Virus record (IMG/VR): IMGVR_UViG_3300020478_000003
Location: 32,001-96,000 of that record
From: a virus
Direction: 5' to 3' (one strand)
Length of the DNA: 64,000 bases
Below the pieces are notes generated by a model. The model was not told the origin of the DNA. It did not search any database and worked only from the letters and a program-made list of their open reading frames with translations. The position numbers and the translations under genes were made by a program. Positions 29,200-38,146 of the stretch are shown piece after piece (positions within the stretch are counted from its first letter, which is position 1; each line of letters starts with the position of its first letter).

Positions 29200-29841
29200 A
29201 TGAGATTAATATCGGAAATTACCGAAAATGTAGAGTATATTCAAGAAGCTAACGGAAAGGATCTCTATATAGAGGGTGTTTTCTTGCAGGCGGACGTAAA
29301 AAATCGCAATGGCAGAATGTATCCTAGCAAAGTTATGGAGAAAGAAGTCAAGCGATATACAAAAGAATATATTGATAAGAAACGAGCGTTTGGTGAACTA
29401 GGACATCCTGAGGGACCAACTGTCAATTTAGATAGAGTTTCGCATATGATTACTGAATTGACTCAAGATGGAACAAATTGGAGAGGAAAAGCTAAAGTAA
29501 CTGATACTCCACACGGAAATATCGTTAAAAGCCTTATCAAAGAGGGAGCCCAACTTGGAGTCTCTTCTCGTGGTATGGGTTCGCTTAAAGCGAATAAAAA
29601 AGGATATCAAGAAGTGCAAGATGATTTCTATCTTGCTACAGCCGCGGATATTGTCGCGGACCCATCTGCTCCTGATGCTTTCGTAAATGGTGTTATGGAA
29701 GGAAAAGAGTGGGTATGGGATAATGGAGCAATCAAAGAAAAAGAGATTGCAAAGTATAATAAAATAATCAAAAAGACGCCGAAAAATCGATTAACATCGA
29801 TTGAAGCAACAATTTTTGAAGATTTTATGAATAAGTTGTAG
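29200..29841 (+). CDS. gp21: Prohead protease gp21
   Basis: 'IEGVFLQA..KNRNGR.YP', 'GELGHP.GPTVNL.RVSH', 'GVSSRGMGS', 'DIVADPSAPDAFV'. Confidence 0.97.
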   Translation: MRLISEITENVEYIQEANGKDLYIEGVFLQADVKNRNGRMYPSKVMEKEVKRYTKEYIDKKRAFGELGHPEGPTVNLDRVSHMITELTQDGTNWRGKAKVTDTPHGNIVKSLIKEGAQLGVSSRGMGSLKANKKGYQEVQDDFYLATAADIVADPSAPDAFVNGVMEGKEWVWDNGAIKEKEIAKYNKIIKKTPKNRLTSIEATIFEDFMNKL

Positions 29842-29881
29842 TAAAATGGAGACATATTGCTACGGTTAAACTAATTAGTTT

Positions 29882-29889
29882 TATAAATA
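29882..29889 (+). promoter_or_regulatory. T4-type late promoter
   Basis: TATAAATA upstream of gp22/gp23. Confidence 0.75.
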
Positions 29890-29949
29890 TAGTTACATAA
29901 TCGATTAGAACTAATTTATAGATTAATCAATAGGATTAGGAGAACCCTG

Positions 29950-31077
29950 ATGAAGTTAAAAACAGAAACTGGCGAAATGTTGGTTTTGGACGAAGAAACC
30001 CAAGTCTGGAAAGGCGAGGAAGAAGAGTCCACAACTTCTATTACGGTGTCAGAGGCTGATGAACTTTTAGAGAAGGGTGACCTGGAAATGGTTGCTGACT
30101 CATCTGAAATTGAAACTGCCGAAGAATCTCTTGAAGAAGCCGGAGAACCCAAAGGTAAACCGCTAAAGAAGAAAAAAATAGCGGTAGCTGGTTCAGGCGA
30201 AGTCGAAGTCCACGAAGATGATGACGAGGACGAAGATGACGAAGCTGATGGGGACGAGGCGGACGAAGATGACGATGACGAAGTAGAAGAAACCAAAGCA
30301 AAATCTGCCAAAAAAGAAGAAGTGGAATTGGAAGTTGATGTTGATGTTGAAGACGATGTTAAGGCATTGTTTGATGGTCAAGATTTGACAGAAGATTTTA
30401 AGGCACGAACAAAACTCGTTTTTGAGACTGCGGTTAAAGCTAAGGTTAAGGAGAATATTGCATCTCTTGAAGAAAAGATGCAAGAACAACTTGCCGAACA
30501 GACAGCCGCACAACTTGCCGATATTACAGAGAAATTAGATGGTTATCTAGACTATATGATTTCCGAGTGGATCGAAGATAATAGCAAGGCTATCGAACAC
30601 GAGCAGAAAAACGAAATTCTAGAAGGTTTCGTTAGTGGAATGCAGAAGTTGTTTGCTGACCATTACATTGAAGTTCCAGATGAACGATACAATGTAGTTG
30701 ATGAGCAAGCTAAAGAGATTGAAACTCTTAAAGAACAACTGGACGCTGAAATGAATAAAAACGTTGAAGCAAAAGGTAAACTTGCTGAAGCATCCGCTGA
30801 AAAGATTTTCAGAGAAGTAACAGAAGATTTGACTGAAACACAAAAAGCTAAGATGAAAAGTCTCGCAGATGGTGTGGAATTTGAAGATGCTGAGACCTTT
30901 GCTGAAAAACTCAACACTCTGAAGAAAACTTATTTTCCTTCAGAGGCAGAGAAAGAAGAAGTTGTTGCAGAAGAGGGTGCTAATGGTACTTCCTCGGAGG
31001 TAGTGATGTCTGATGCAATGAAAAAGGTTATGGCTTCACTTTCACAAACACGGGAAACAAGCATCTTAGGTGCTTAA
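29950..31077 (+). CDS. gp22: Prohead scaffold protein gp22
   Basis: 'DVKALF.G.DL.E.FK....VFE.AV', 'LDGYLDY...EW...N', 'F..HYIEVP'; between gp21 and gp23. Confidence 0.92.
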   Translation: MKLKTETGEMLVLDEETQVWKGEEEESTTSITVSEADELLEKGDLEMVADSSEIETAEESLEEAGEPKGKPLKKKKIAVAGSGEVEVHEDDDEDEDDEADGDEADEDDDDEVEETKAKSAKKEEVELEVDVDVEDDVKALFDGQDLTEDFKARTKLVFETAVKAKVKENIASLEEKMQEQLAEQTAAQLADITEKLDGYLDYMISEWIEDNSKAIEHEQKNEILEGFVSGMQKLFADHYIEVPDERYNVVDEQAKEIETLKEQLDAEMNKNVEAKGKLAEASAEKIFREVTEDLTETQKAKMKSLADGVEFEDAETFAEKLNTLKKTYFPSEAEKEEVVAEEGANGTSSEVVMSDAMKKVMASLSQTRETSILGA

Positions 31078-31110
31078 CATCATTTATCAAACTACTAGGA
31101 GAAACTGAAA

Positions 31111-32313
31111 ATGTTTTTATCAGAAGAAATTAAAGATAAGTGGCAGCCAGTTATGGAGCACGAAGATCTCCCAAAGATCGATGATGCTACCAAACGTGCG
31201 ATAACACTTCGTCTTTTAGAAAATCAAGAAAAGGCTTTGCAAGAAGCCAACGTTACAGGTGCTAACGTAGACAATTGGGATCCAATTCTCATTTCGTTGG
31301 TACGTAGAACTATGCCTCAGTTAATGGCGTATGATACTATTGGAGTCCAGCCTATGTCCGGACCTACTGGTCTCATTTTCGCTATGAAATCACACTATAC
31401 TGGCGAAGCCAGCACAGGTGCTGAAGCATTAACAACTGCCGCTGGTCAACCCGATGTCGATTTCTCAGGGAATGACGGTGCAACTCCAGCCACTACTACT
31501 TACACTACGTCCGACGGCGAAGCGTTAGGTGGATTTGTTTCAGGTGGAGGAGACTTCAAAGAAATGTCTTTCTCAATCGAGAAGTCGAGCGTTACAGCCG
31601 CTACTCGTGCGTTGAAAGCTAAGTATTCTTTGGAACTTGCTCAAGACCTTAAGGCTATCCATGGATTGGATGCTGAGTCAGAATTAAGCAACATTTTGTC
31701 TGCTGAAATTCTTGCTGAGATCAATCGTGAAGTTATCGAGAAAATTCTTTCTCAAGCGACTGCAGGAGCAGCCGCTGGAACAACTACTGCCGGAACATTT
31801 GACGTTGCAGATTCCACTGATAACAGAGGAGCACGTTGGGGTGGTGAGCGTTACAAGTCACTATTGATTCAAATCAACCGTGAAGCTAACTTAATTGCTA
31901 AGAATACCGGCCGTGGTGCTGGTAACTGGTTGCTTGTAAGTCCAGATGTTGCATCTGCACTTGATATGGTTGCCGGATTAGCAGTTCCTAATATGGATGT
32001 TGGATCAGGAAATCCAATAGACCAGTCGAAAAGCGTTTTCGCTGGTACTCTCGGTGGAAAATACAAAGTTTTCATTGACCAATTTGCTTCCAGCGATAGT
32101 GTAACTGTCGGATATAAGGGATCAAATATGTACGATGCAGGGCTTTTCTACTGTCCATACGTACCGCTTCAATTGATGAAATCAATTGGTGAGGAAGACT
32201 TTCAGCCACGTTTGGGATTCAAGACTCGTTACGGTCTTACTCATAACCCATTCGCTTCTGGAAGTGATGCGGCTAATCCGTACTTCCGAAAGTTTACTGT
32301 TGCAAATCTGTAA
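31111..32313 (+). CDS. gp23: Major capsid protein gp23
   Basis: 'LISLVRR.MP.L.AYD..GVQPM.GPTGLIFAM', 'RALKA.YSLELAQDLKAIHGLDAE.EL', 'DAGLFYCPYVPL', 'FQP..GFKTRYG'. Confidence 0.98.
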   Translation: MFLSEEIKDKWQPVMEHEDLPKIDDATKRAITLRLLENQEKALQEANVTGANVDNWDPILISLVRRTMPQLMAYDTIGVQPMSGPTGLIFAMKSHYTGEASTGAEALTTAAGQPDVDFSGNDGATPATTTYTTSDGEALGGFVSGGGDFKEMSFSIEKSSVTAATRALKAKYSLELAQDLKAIHGLDAESELSNILSAEILAEINREVIEKILSQATAGAAAGTTTAGTFDVADSTDNRGARWGGERYKSLLIQINREANLIAKNTGRGAGNWLLVSPDVASALDMVAGLAVPNMDVGSGNPIDQSKSVFAGTLGGKYKVFIDQFASSDSVTVGYKGSNMYDAGLFYCPYVPLQLMKSIGEEDFQPRLGFKTRYGLTHNPFASGSDAANPYFRKFTVANL

Positions 32314-32373
32314 TAGTAAATAGTTGTAAACAACAACCGTTTACCCATTCCTGTATGGTGGGTAACTTATTCT

Positions 32374-32408
32374 AAGCCCCGTTATCTTAATAAGATGCGG
32401 GGCTTTTT
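32374..32408 (+). terminator. Rho-independent terminator after gp23
   Basis: AAGCCCCG...ATCTT-AAT-AAGAT...CGGGGCTT followed by a T run; a further hairpin TTACCCA...TGGGTAA at 32341-32365. Confidence 0.85.
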
Positions 32409-32425
32409 ATATTGTAGTGAAGTGA

Positions 32426-32433
32426 TATAAATA
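32426..32433 (+). promoter_or_regulatory. T4-type late promoter
   Basis: TATAAATA ending 5 nt before the gp3 ATG. Confidence 0.7.
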
Positions 32434-32438
32434 ATAGT

Positions 32439-32948
32439 ATGGCACAACAAGAACGACTATCCCCAGGGAAAATTAATTTAGCCAAGTCAACGAACTATAG
32501 GCTAAACATACATATGTTACCAAACGTACAGTTTTGGTTAACTACGTGTAATCTTCCTACCTTTTCCGTAAATGAGGTTCCGATTCCTGATCCTGTTCAC
32601 GGATATAGATATAAACCAACGAATACTTCAACAATAGCTCCAATGACAGTCACATTCCTTGTGGATGAAGACTATCGAAATTATATGGAAATTTTAGATT
32701 TAATGTACAAGGCGGCTGGACCAGATATGTCTAAAAGATATAAAGAAGGAGATGTCACGGCTTCAGACGGAAGTATACACGTTCTGTCTAATAACAAAAA
32801 TATTTCTGATGTAGTATTCACATTTCACAATCTTTTTCCTACTATTCTAGGAGAACTCCAGATGACCAACGAATCAGCAGAACCGTTGCTCACGGATTTA
32901 ACAATGCAATATGATTATATGACATATCAGAGCGGAACTCCTCTCTAA
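32439..32948 (+). CDS. gp3: Tail tube terminator/completion protein gp3
   Basis: 'NLP..S......P', 'VTFLVDED..NY.EI', 'SDG....L.NN......F.F.NLFP..L'; position after gp23 as in marine T4-like phages. Confidence 0.8.
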   Translation: MAQQERLSPGKINLAKSTNYRLNIHMLPNVQFWLTTCNLPTFSVNEVPIPDPVHGYRYKPTNTSTIAPMTVTFLVDEDYRNYMEILDLMYKAAGPDMSKRYKEGDVTASDGSIHVLSNNKNISDVVFTFHNLFPTILGELQMTNESAEPLLTDLTMQYDYMTYQSGTPL

Positions 32949-32955
32949 AAAAGAC

Positions 32956-32984
32956 TTGACATTTGAATTGAAGTAGTTTATAAT
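32956..32984 (+). promoter_or_regulatory. Sigma70-type promoter
   Basis: AAAAAGAC-TTGACA-N17-TATAAT, 8 nt before the uvsY ATG. Confidence 0.85.
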
Positions 32985-32992
32985 GGTTCACT

Positions 32993-33400
32993 ATGAAAAT
33001 TGAAGAACTAGAAAAATTAGTAGAAAAAGACCTCTATATTGACGAAACAATCCTCGCCAAAGAGTCTCTTTTAACTCCTACCAAGCACAATAAGTATCTA
33101 AAGATGCTATTGAGGGAACGATTGAAGTTAAAGCAACTTCAAAATGAACTCAATAAAGTATCTCTAGGTAGGACTTGTTATTATAATGGTTCAGATCCTG
33201 ATCCTTATGAATATGTCCTCAAAGATCGAGAGGTCAAAGACTATGTTAAGGTAGATCCAGTTGTGATGGAAGCAGAAGCAAAGGTGGCTTTGCAAGACGA
33301 AACAGTTAAATATCTTGAAGAAGTCTGTAAAATGTTTGACAAACGTGGATTTGCTATAAAGAATGCAATCGACTTTATGAAATTTACCGAAGGCGGATGA
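32993..33400 (+). CDS. uvsY: Recombination mediator UvsY
   Basis: 'KDLYIDET.L..ESL..P..HNKYL', 'YYNG', 'RGFAIKNAIDF.KF..G'. Confidence 0.88.
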   Translation: MKIEELEKLVEKDLYIDETILAKESLLTPTKHNKYLKMLLRERLKLKQLQNELNKVSLGRTCYYNGSDPDPYEYVLKDREVKDYVKVDPVVMEAEAKVALQDETVKYLEEVCKMFDKRGFAIKNAIDFMKFTEGG

Positions 33401-33786
33401 GAGAATACTTAAAGAATTATTATGATGCTCCTTGGTCTGATAATAATATAGTCCACGAAACCGAAGATATAGTAGTATACAAAGATGGATTTCCTGTCAC
33501 AGAAGGTCATCTTTTATTTGTACCTAAAAAAGTTGAGCAAAGAAAAGACATTACACGTTGTTTTGAAATGGCTTATGAATGGGGTGTAAAAGGTATAATG
33601 GATTATAAATGGACAGCATTTAACTTGGGTATTAATAATGGAGAAGATGCTGGACAGACAGTAATGTGGACACACGTACATTTGATTCCACGAAGGAAAG
33701 GTGATCTAGGATCTTTTGAAAATGGTACTCCTTATGATCCCGCTGGCGGAATTAGAAATATAATTCCAGGAAAGGGAAAATATTGA
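33397..33786 (+). CDS. HIT-family nucleotide hydrolase
   Basis: 'D.FPVTEGHLLFVPK', 'FNLGINNG.DAGQTV.WTHVHLIPRR.GD'. Confidence 0.85.
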   Translation: MREYLKNYYDAPWSDNNIVHETEDIVVYKDGFPVTEGHLLFVPKKVEQRKDITRCFEMAYEWGVKGIMDYKWTAFNLGINNGEDAGQTVMWTHVHLIPRRKGDLGSFENGTPYDPAGGIRNIIPGKGKY

Positions 33787-35261
33787 AAGATATCATTGTA
33801 CATAAAAAGGATGATGTATATTTGAATATTGAATGTGAGGCTGGAATAGCCCACGATTTATCAGATTTCTTCACCTTTAGAGTCCCGGGCTATAGATTTA
33901 TGCCAGCATATCGAAATCGAGCGTGGGATGGAAAAATAAGACTGTTTAATGCGTTTGGTGGTGAATTATATGTAGGATTATTGCCATACGTGGTCGAATT
34001 CGCGGAGAGAAGATCATTAATACTTGAATATCCCACCTTGGTGCCTACTATCACGGATGAGGAAAATGTCAAGTTTTTTCGTGATTTAGACCCATATGTG
34101 GATGGTAAGAGCATAACTCCCTATGATTATCAGATGGATACCGTATTTTATGGTATCAATCATAAAAGGGCTTTAATGCTCTCGCCCACCAGTTCGGGTA
34201 AGTCATTAATGATCTATGCTTTAGTGGTTTGGTTACTGAAAACTATCGATAGAAAAATATTAATAATCGTGCCGACCACTTCGCTGGTTGAACAGTTATA
34301 TAAGGACTTTGAAGATTATACTACGGGATCATCTTGTGGCTATAACGCTGACCAGACTCACAGGATATACGCTGGAAAAGATAAAGATACGGATTGTCCT
34401 ATTGTAATTACTACGTGGCAATCTATATACAAACTGAAAAAGGATTGGTTTAAACAATTCGGTGCTGTAATCGGAGACGAAGCACATAATTTTAAAGCCA
34501 AATCACTTACTTCCATTCTGACCAAAATGACAGATTGTGAGTATAAATTTGGGTTTACGGGTACTCTAGACGGTACCCAAACACACAAGTTGGTCCTTGA
34601 AGGACTCTTTGGTCCTGTACATAATGTTACGACAAGTAAAGAGTTGATGGATGCTGATTTGATTGCTCAATTGCATATTGAAGCAATCACTTTGGGATAT
34701 ACAGACGAAGAAAAGAAACTTGTGAAAGGGATGTTATATGCGGATGAAATCGACTGGCTAGTAAAGTGTCAGAAAAGAAACGAATTTATCTGTACTCTAG
34801 CATTAACCAGGGATTCAAATACCCTAATTCTCTATCAATTTGTACAAAAGCACGGTGAAAAACTGTTTAAATATTTGAAAGAGAAAAGTCCAGACAGACC
34901 GGTGTTCTTTGTATCAGGTGAAATCAAGACGGAAGTCAGAGAGGAGATACGTGCAATTACGGAAAAATCTGAAAATGCTATCATCGTGGCTAGTTACGGC
35001 ACTTTTTCGACTGGTATTAATATTAGAAATCTTCATAATATTATTTTTAGCCACCCTGTCAAGTCTCGCATTAGAAACTTGCAGAGTGTTGGGCGAGGTC
35101 TACGAAAATGCGACAACAAAAGCAAAGCAACTCTTTTCGACATAAGCGATGATTTGAGTTGGAAAAAGCATAAAAATTATTCTCTCCGCCATTTTTTGGA
35201 GCGAGTGAAAATATACAATAGTGAAAAATTTGATTACAAACTAAGGAAAATACGATTATGA
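33783..35261 (+). CDS. uvsW: DNA helicase UvsW
   Basis: 'WDGKIRLF', SPTSSGKS, DEAH, GFTGTL, 'SYGTFSTGINI.NLHN', QSVGRGLR. Confidence 0.96.
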   Translation: MKDIIVHKKDDVYLNIECEAGIAHDLSDFFTFRVPGYRFMPAYRNRAWDGKIRLFNAFGGELYVGLLPYVVEFAERRSLILEYPTLVPTITDEENVKFFRDLDPYVDGKSITPYDYQMDTVFYGINHKRALMLSPTSSGKSLMIYALVVWLLKTIDRKILIIVPTTSLVEQLYKDFEDYTTGSSCGYNADQTHRIYAGKDKDTDCPIVITTWQSIYKLKKDWFKQFGAVIGDEAHNFKAKSLTSILTKMTDCEYKFGFTGTLDGTQTHKLVLEGLFGPVHNVTTSKELMDADLIAQLHIEAITLGYTDEEKKLVKGMLYADEIDWLVKCQKRNEFICTLALTRDSNTLILYQFVQKHGEKLFKYLKEKSPDRPVFFVSGEIKTEVREEIRAITEKSENAIIVASYGTFSTGINIRNLHNIIFSHPVKSRIRNLQSVGRGLRKCDNKSKATLFDISDDLSWKKHKNYSLRHFLERVKIYNSEKFDYKLRKIRL

Positions 35262-35575
35262 GCCAAGAATATCCATATAAAGGATCTGTTCATCTTAAAC
35301 ATACGGGACACGAATTGATCTGCGATGTTATCAAGGAAACTTCTGCGGGAGTATTACACATCAAAAATCCCTGCACTCTCCAGACAGTAGTTACAGGAGA
35401 TGGATCTAGTCAGATGGCTATGGTTCCATATCTGGTAACAGCCAAAGTGGATGAAGTAGGTATAAAATTGACGGATGTCCTTTTTGTTACTGAATGTAGA
35501 ACGGATGTAGCTGAACAACATACCCAAATGTTCAGTTCTGTCATTCTTCCAAAAGCTGGAGGATTTGAAATTTAA
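35258..35575 (+). CDS. Conserved small protein downstream of uvsW (possibly Sm-like fold)
   Basis: 'HLKHTGHELICDV......LHIKNP....' pattern; ATGA overlap with uvsW. Confidence 0.55.
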   Translation: MSQEYPYKGSVHLKHTGHELICDVIKETSAGVLHIKNPCTLQTVVTGDGSSQMAMVPYLVTAKVDEVGIKLTDVLFVTECRTDVAEQHTQMFSSVILPKAGGFEI

Positions 35576-35753
35576 CTTAATTAATGAAAGGAATACCATG
35601 GATGCGTGTATGACATTAGCAAATGAATTAATATCTATATCCTCCACCCATATGATCATCGGAGGAATTATCTTTTCGGGAATGTCATTTTGTTTAGGAG
35701 TTATTTTTGAAAAATCCTTTCAGGAAGAACTTGACAATAAAGCAAAAGTTTAG
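35565..35753 (+). CDS. Small membrane protein
   Basis: Likely start at ATG 35598 after AAGGA; hydrophobic segment MIIGGIIFSGMSFCLGVIF. Confidence 0.45.
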   Translation: MKFNLINERNTMDACMTLANELISISSTHMIIGGIIFSGMSFCLGVIFEKSFQEELDNKAKV

Positions 35754-35759
35754 TATAAT
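35731..35759 (+). promoter_or_regulatory. Sigma70-type promoter firing into a gene-free region
   Basis: Perfect TTGACA(35731)-N17-TATAAT(35754); no ORF follows for 530 nt. Confidence 0.85.
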
Positions 35760-35765
35760 ATAAAA

Positions 35766-36045
35766 ATTTGCATCAATGTTCGCCGTGGGACGAGACACGG
35801 ATTCCACCTAGATCAGAACCTAGGTAAGTAGCCTTTGGTGAAGTGAGCAGACTATAATACTCGACAAACGGAGTTGAGGTCTGTGTATTGATGTGCCGAT
35901 GCAAGCACTAAATATACGTAAAAATCGGGTCGGGACTCACCACATAATGGTATTGTCCACTAGAGACTTGTGAATCGACACAAGCGAGGCTATCAGGAAC
36001 CGTAACCTGGCTCTATAAGCTAGGATGTATCTTTTTACCGACTGT
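35766..36045 (+). ncRNA. Candidate structured non-coding RNA (~280 nt)
   Basis: GC-enriched, ORF-free, own promoter; helices CCGTG/CACGG, ACCTAG/CTAGGT, TAGCCT/AGGCTA, TGGTGA/TCACCA, GCAGAC/GTCTGT, CTTGTG/CACAAG, CAGG/CCTG, GTCGG/CCGAC. Confidence 0.55.
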
Positions 36046-36077
36046 ATAAATTCTCTTTAAATAAAGACTTTAAAAAA

Positions 36078-36194
36078 TGAAATTGCGAAAGGGCGAAGCC
36101 CTTGAGCATCCTGTTTCGAGCAAAGCGAGAAACAGGACTTAGATGTAACTTTTGACTCTCGGACCTACGGTCCTCGAGAGGCTTCGCCATTTCA
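36078..36194. other. Multi-hairpin (cloverleaf) element with GNA-type triloops; candidate replication origin or ssDNA signal
   Basis: Closing stem TGAAATTGCGAA/TTCGCCATTTCA enclosing AAGGGC-GAA-GCCCTT, TCCTGTTTC...GC-AAA-GC...GAAACAGGA and CTCTCG...GACC-TAC-GGTC...CGAGAG. Confidence 0.6.
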
Positions 36195-36221
36195 GGTTAT
36201 ATAGATATTTACATAAAAGAC

Positions 36222-36250
36222 TTGACTTATTGAATTTAAAAGAGTATAAT
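36222..36250 (+). promoter_or_regulatory. Sigma70-type promoter for the gp55 operon
   Basis: AAAAGAC-TTGACT-N17-TATAAT. Confidence 0.8.
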
Positions 36251-36292
36251 TAGAAGATATATTGTACTTAATATAATTTTGAAAAATATACT

Positions 36293-36913
36293 ATGGCTAA
36301 GAATGATCAAAAAGAACCAGTTGATTTAGATAACCCAACTCACTACATCAATAATAAGGATTTTTTACAGGCTCTTATAGATTATCAAAAAGAGATCAAA
36401 GAAGCCAAGAAAGCTGGTAAATCAAAACCTTATGTTAGTGATTACATTGCTATGTGTTTCCTACAGATAGCACAAAGACTTTCCTATAGACCAAACTTTA
36501 TAAACTACACGTATAAAGATGATATGATATCAGACGGTCTAGAAAATTGTCTGGCTTATATGCACAATTTCAATCCTTCGAAGAGCAAAAATCCTTTTGC
36601 TTATTTTACACAAATAATATACTACGCATTTTTACGAAGAATCCAGAAGGAGAAGAAACAACAATATATTAAGTATAAAGTATATTCCGAACATCAACAG
36701 GAGATTGAAGATGAACACGAAAAACTTTCTCCCGATTTCATCAATGAAAAGGGATCTGCCGATTTTCATATTCATATAAAAGAGTTTATAGACGAAATGG
36801 AACGAAAAGAGAAAGAGAAGAAACAGAAACGAGAACAGAAGAAAGCCGAGAGGGAAAGAAAAATACAAATAGAATCTACTCCTGAAAACAATCTTGAATT
36901 CTGGATGCAATGA
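36293..36913 (+). CDS. gp55: Late-transcription sigma factor gp55
   Basis: 'HYINNKDFL.AL', 'IA.RLSYRPNF.NYTY.DDMISDG.ENCL.Y.HNF.P.KS.NPFAYFTQI.YYAFLRRI.KEKKQ'. Confidence 0.96.
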   Translation: MAKNDQKEPVDLDNPTHYINNKDFLQALIDYQKEIKEAKKAGKSKPYVSDYIAMCFLQIAQRLSYRPNFINYTYKDDMISDGLENCLAYMHNFNPSKSKNPFAYFTQIIYYAFLRRIQKEKKQQYIKYKVYSEHQQEIEDEHEKLSPDFINEKGSADFHIHIKEFIDEMERKEKEKKQKREQKKAERERKIQIESTPENNLEFWMQ

Positions 36914-37962
36914 AAGTAGCAGTTATTACAGATACACATTTCGGTGCAAGATCAGATAGTCAAGCATTCTCTGATTATTTCTATAGGTTTTGGACGAATA
37001 CTTTTTTCCCGTATTTGAAAGAACACGACATAAAAACGATTATCCATTCGGGAGATTTGATGGATAGACGAAAATATGTCAATTATGATACCCTAGATCG
37101 GATGAGAAAAGAGTTTATTGGACCGATGATTGAAGACAAAATTGTGATGCACACAATTGTCGGAAATCACGATACGTATTTTAAGAATCACGCTCGGCTG
37201 AATTCAGTCGAACAGTTATTTGATATAGACGGAATTCCTGATAATGACACATTTCATACACCAGTTATCGGTTATTCTGAACCCACAGAACTAACATTAC
37301 CAGACGGATATAAAGTAGATTTGATACCTTGGATTGCTTCAGAAAATGAAGAGCAAATTCTTGATTTCATCAAAAAATCTAAGAATCAAATATGTTTTGG
37401 ACATTTTGATCTATCGGGATTTGAAATGATGAAAGGGGTAAAATCTATGTATCATTCAAGAAGTCCAGAATTCCTTAATAAATATGATACTGTATACTCT
37501 GGACATTTCCACACAAAATCAGACAATGGACACATTTATTATCTCGGTAATACGTATGAGATTACTTGGGCTGATTATAACGACCAAAGAGGGTTTCATA
37601 TTTTCGATACTGAAACTCTAGAATGTGATTTTATACCAAATCCGTATAAAATGCACAGTAAGATTATCTATGAGGATAAGCCAATCGATGTCGAGCCATA
37701 TGCTGACCAGATTGTCAAGATCATCGTGGATAAGAAAGAAGATATTGAACTATTCACTAATACTGTGGACGCATTGGAAAAACGGTGTGAAATGATCAAT
37801 ATCATTGAAGACCACGGTCTATTATCTTCTGGTCAAATTGAATTTGAATCAGAAGATACCATCACCACGTTGGAAAAATACGTGGATAATTTGAGTATAG
37901 ATAATACTAAACAAGTGAAAAAGATACTCCACGAAGTGTATGTGGAAGCATTATCAATATAG
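36910..37962 (+). CDS. gp47: Recombination endonuclease gp47 (Mre11/SbcD-like)
   Basis: DTHFG, GDLMDRR, GNHD, GHF, SGHFH phosphoesterase motifs. Confidence 0.95.
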   Translation: MKVAVITDTHFGARSDSQAFSDYFYRFWTNTFFPYLKEHDIKTIIHSGDLMDRRKYVNYDTLDRMRKEFIGPMIEDKIVMHTIVGNHDTYFKNHARLNSVEQLFDIDGIPDNDTFHTPVIGYSEPTELTLPDGYKVDLIPWIASENEEQILDFIKKSKNQICFGHFDLSGFEMMKGVKSMYHSRSPEFLNKYDTVYSGHFHTKSDNGHIYYLGNTYEITWADYNDQRGFHIFDTETLECDFIPNPYKMHSKIIYEDKPIDVEPYADQIVKIIVDKKEDIELFTNTVDALEKRCEMINIIEDHGLLSSGQIEFESEDTITTLEKYVDNLSIDNTKQVKKILHEVYVEALSI

Positions 37963-37970
37963 GAGATATT

Positions 37971-38141
37971 ATGACTAAAGAAAAACTCAATTTACCTAAA
38001 ACCACTCCAATGGAGAATCCCAATCCATTCGCCGAAGAAGAAGTAACTATTGAAGTCGAATTGGAAGATTCTCCTCTCACATCCGCTGTTAGAACTATAT
38101 TAGAAAAGACTAAGGAAAAGTCTGACTACAGATCCTTCTAA
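37971..38141 (+). CDS. Small hypothetical protein (not in the ORF track)
   Basis: 56 aa MTKEKLNLPKTTPMENPNPFAEEEV...DYRSF; strong AGGAG RBS; fills the gp47-gp46 gap. Confidence 0.65.
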   Translation: MTKEKLNLPKTTPMENPNPFAEEEVTIEVELEDSPLTSAVRTILEKTKEKSDYRSF

Positions 38142-38146
38142 AAATA

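Noticed and set aside
30215-30290. GAY/GAR-rich repetitive DNA in gp22 (also in 28012..28614 and the vWA linker)
   Set aside because: Explained by acidic low-complexity protein linkers typical of scaffold proteins
36078-36194. Cloverleaf read as a tRNA or retron msDNA
   Set aside because: No T-loop, D-loop, 7-nt anticodon loop or CCA; no reverse transcriptase in the window
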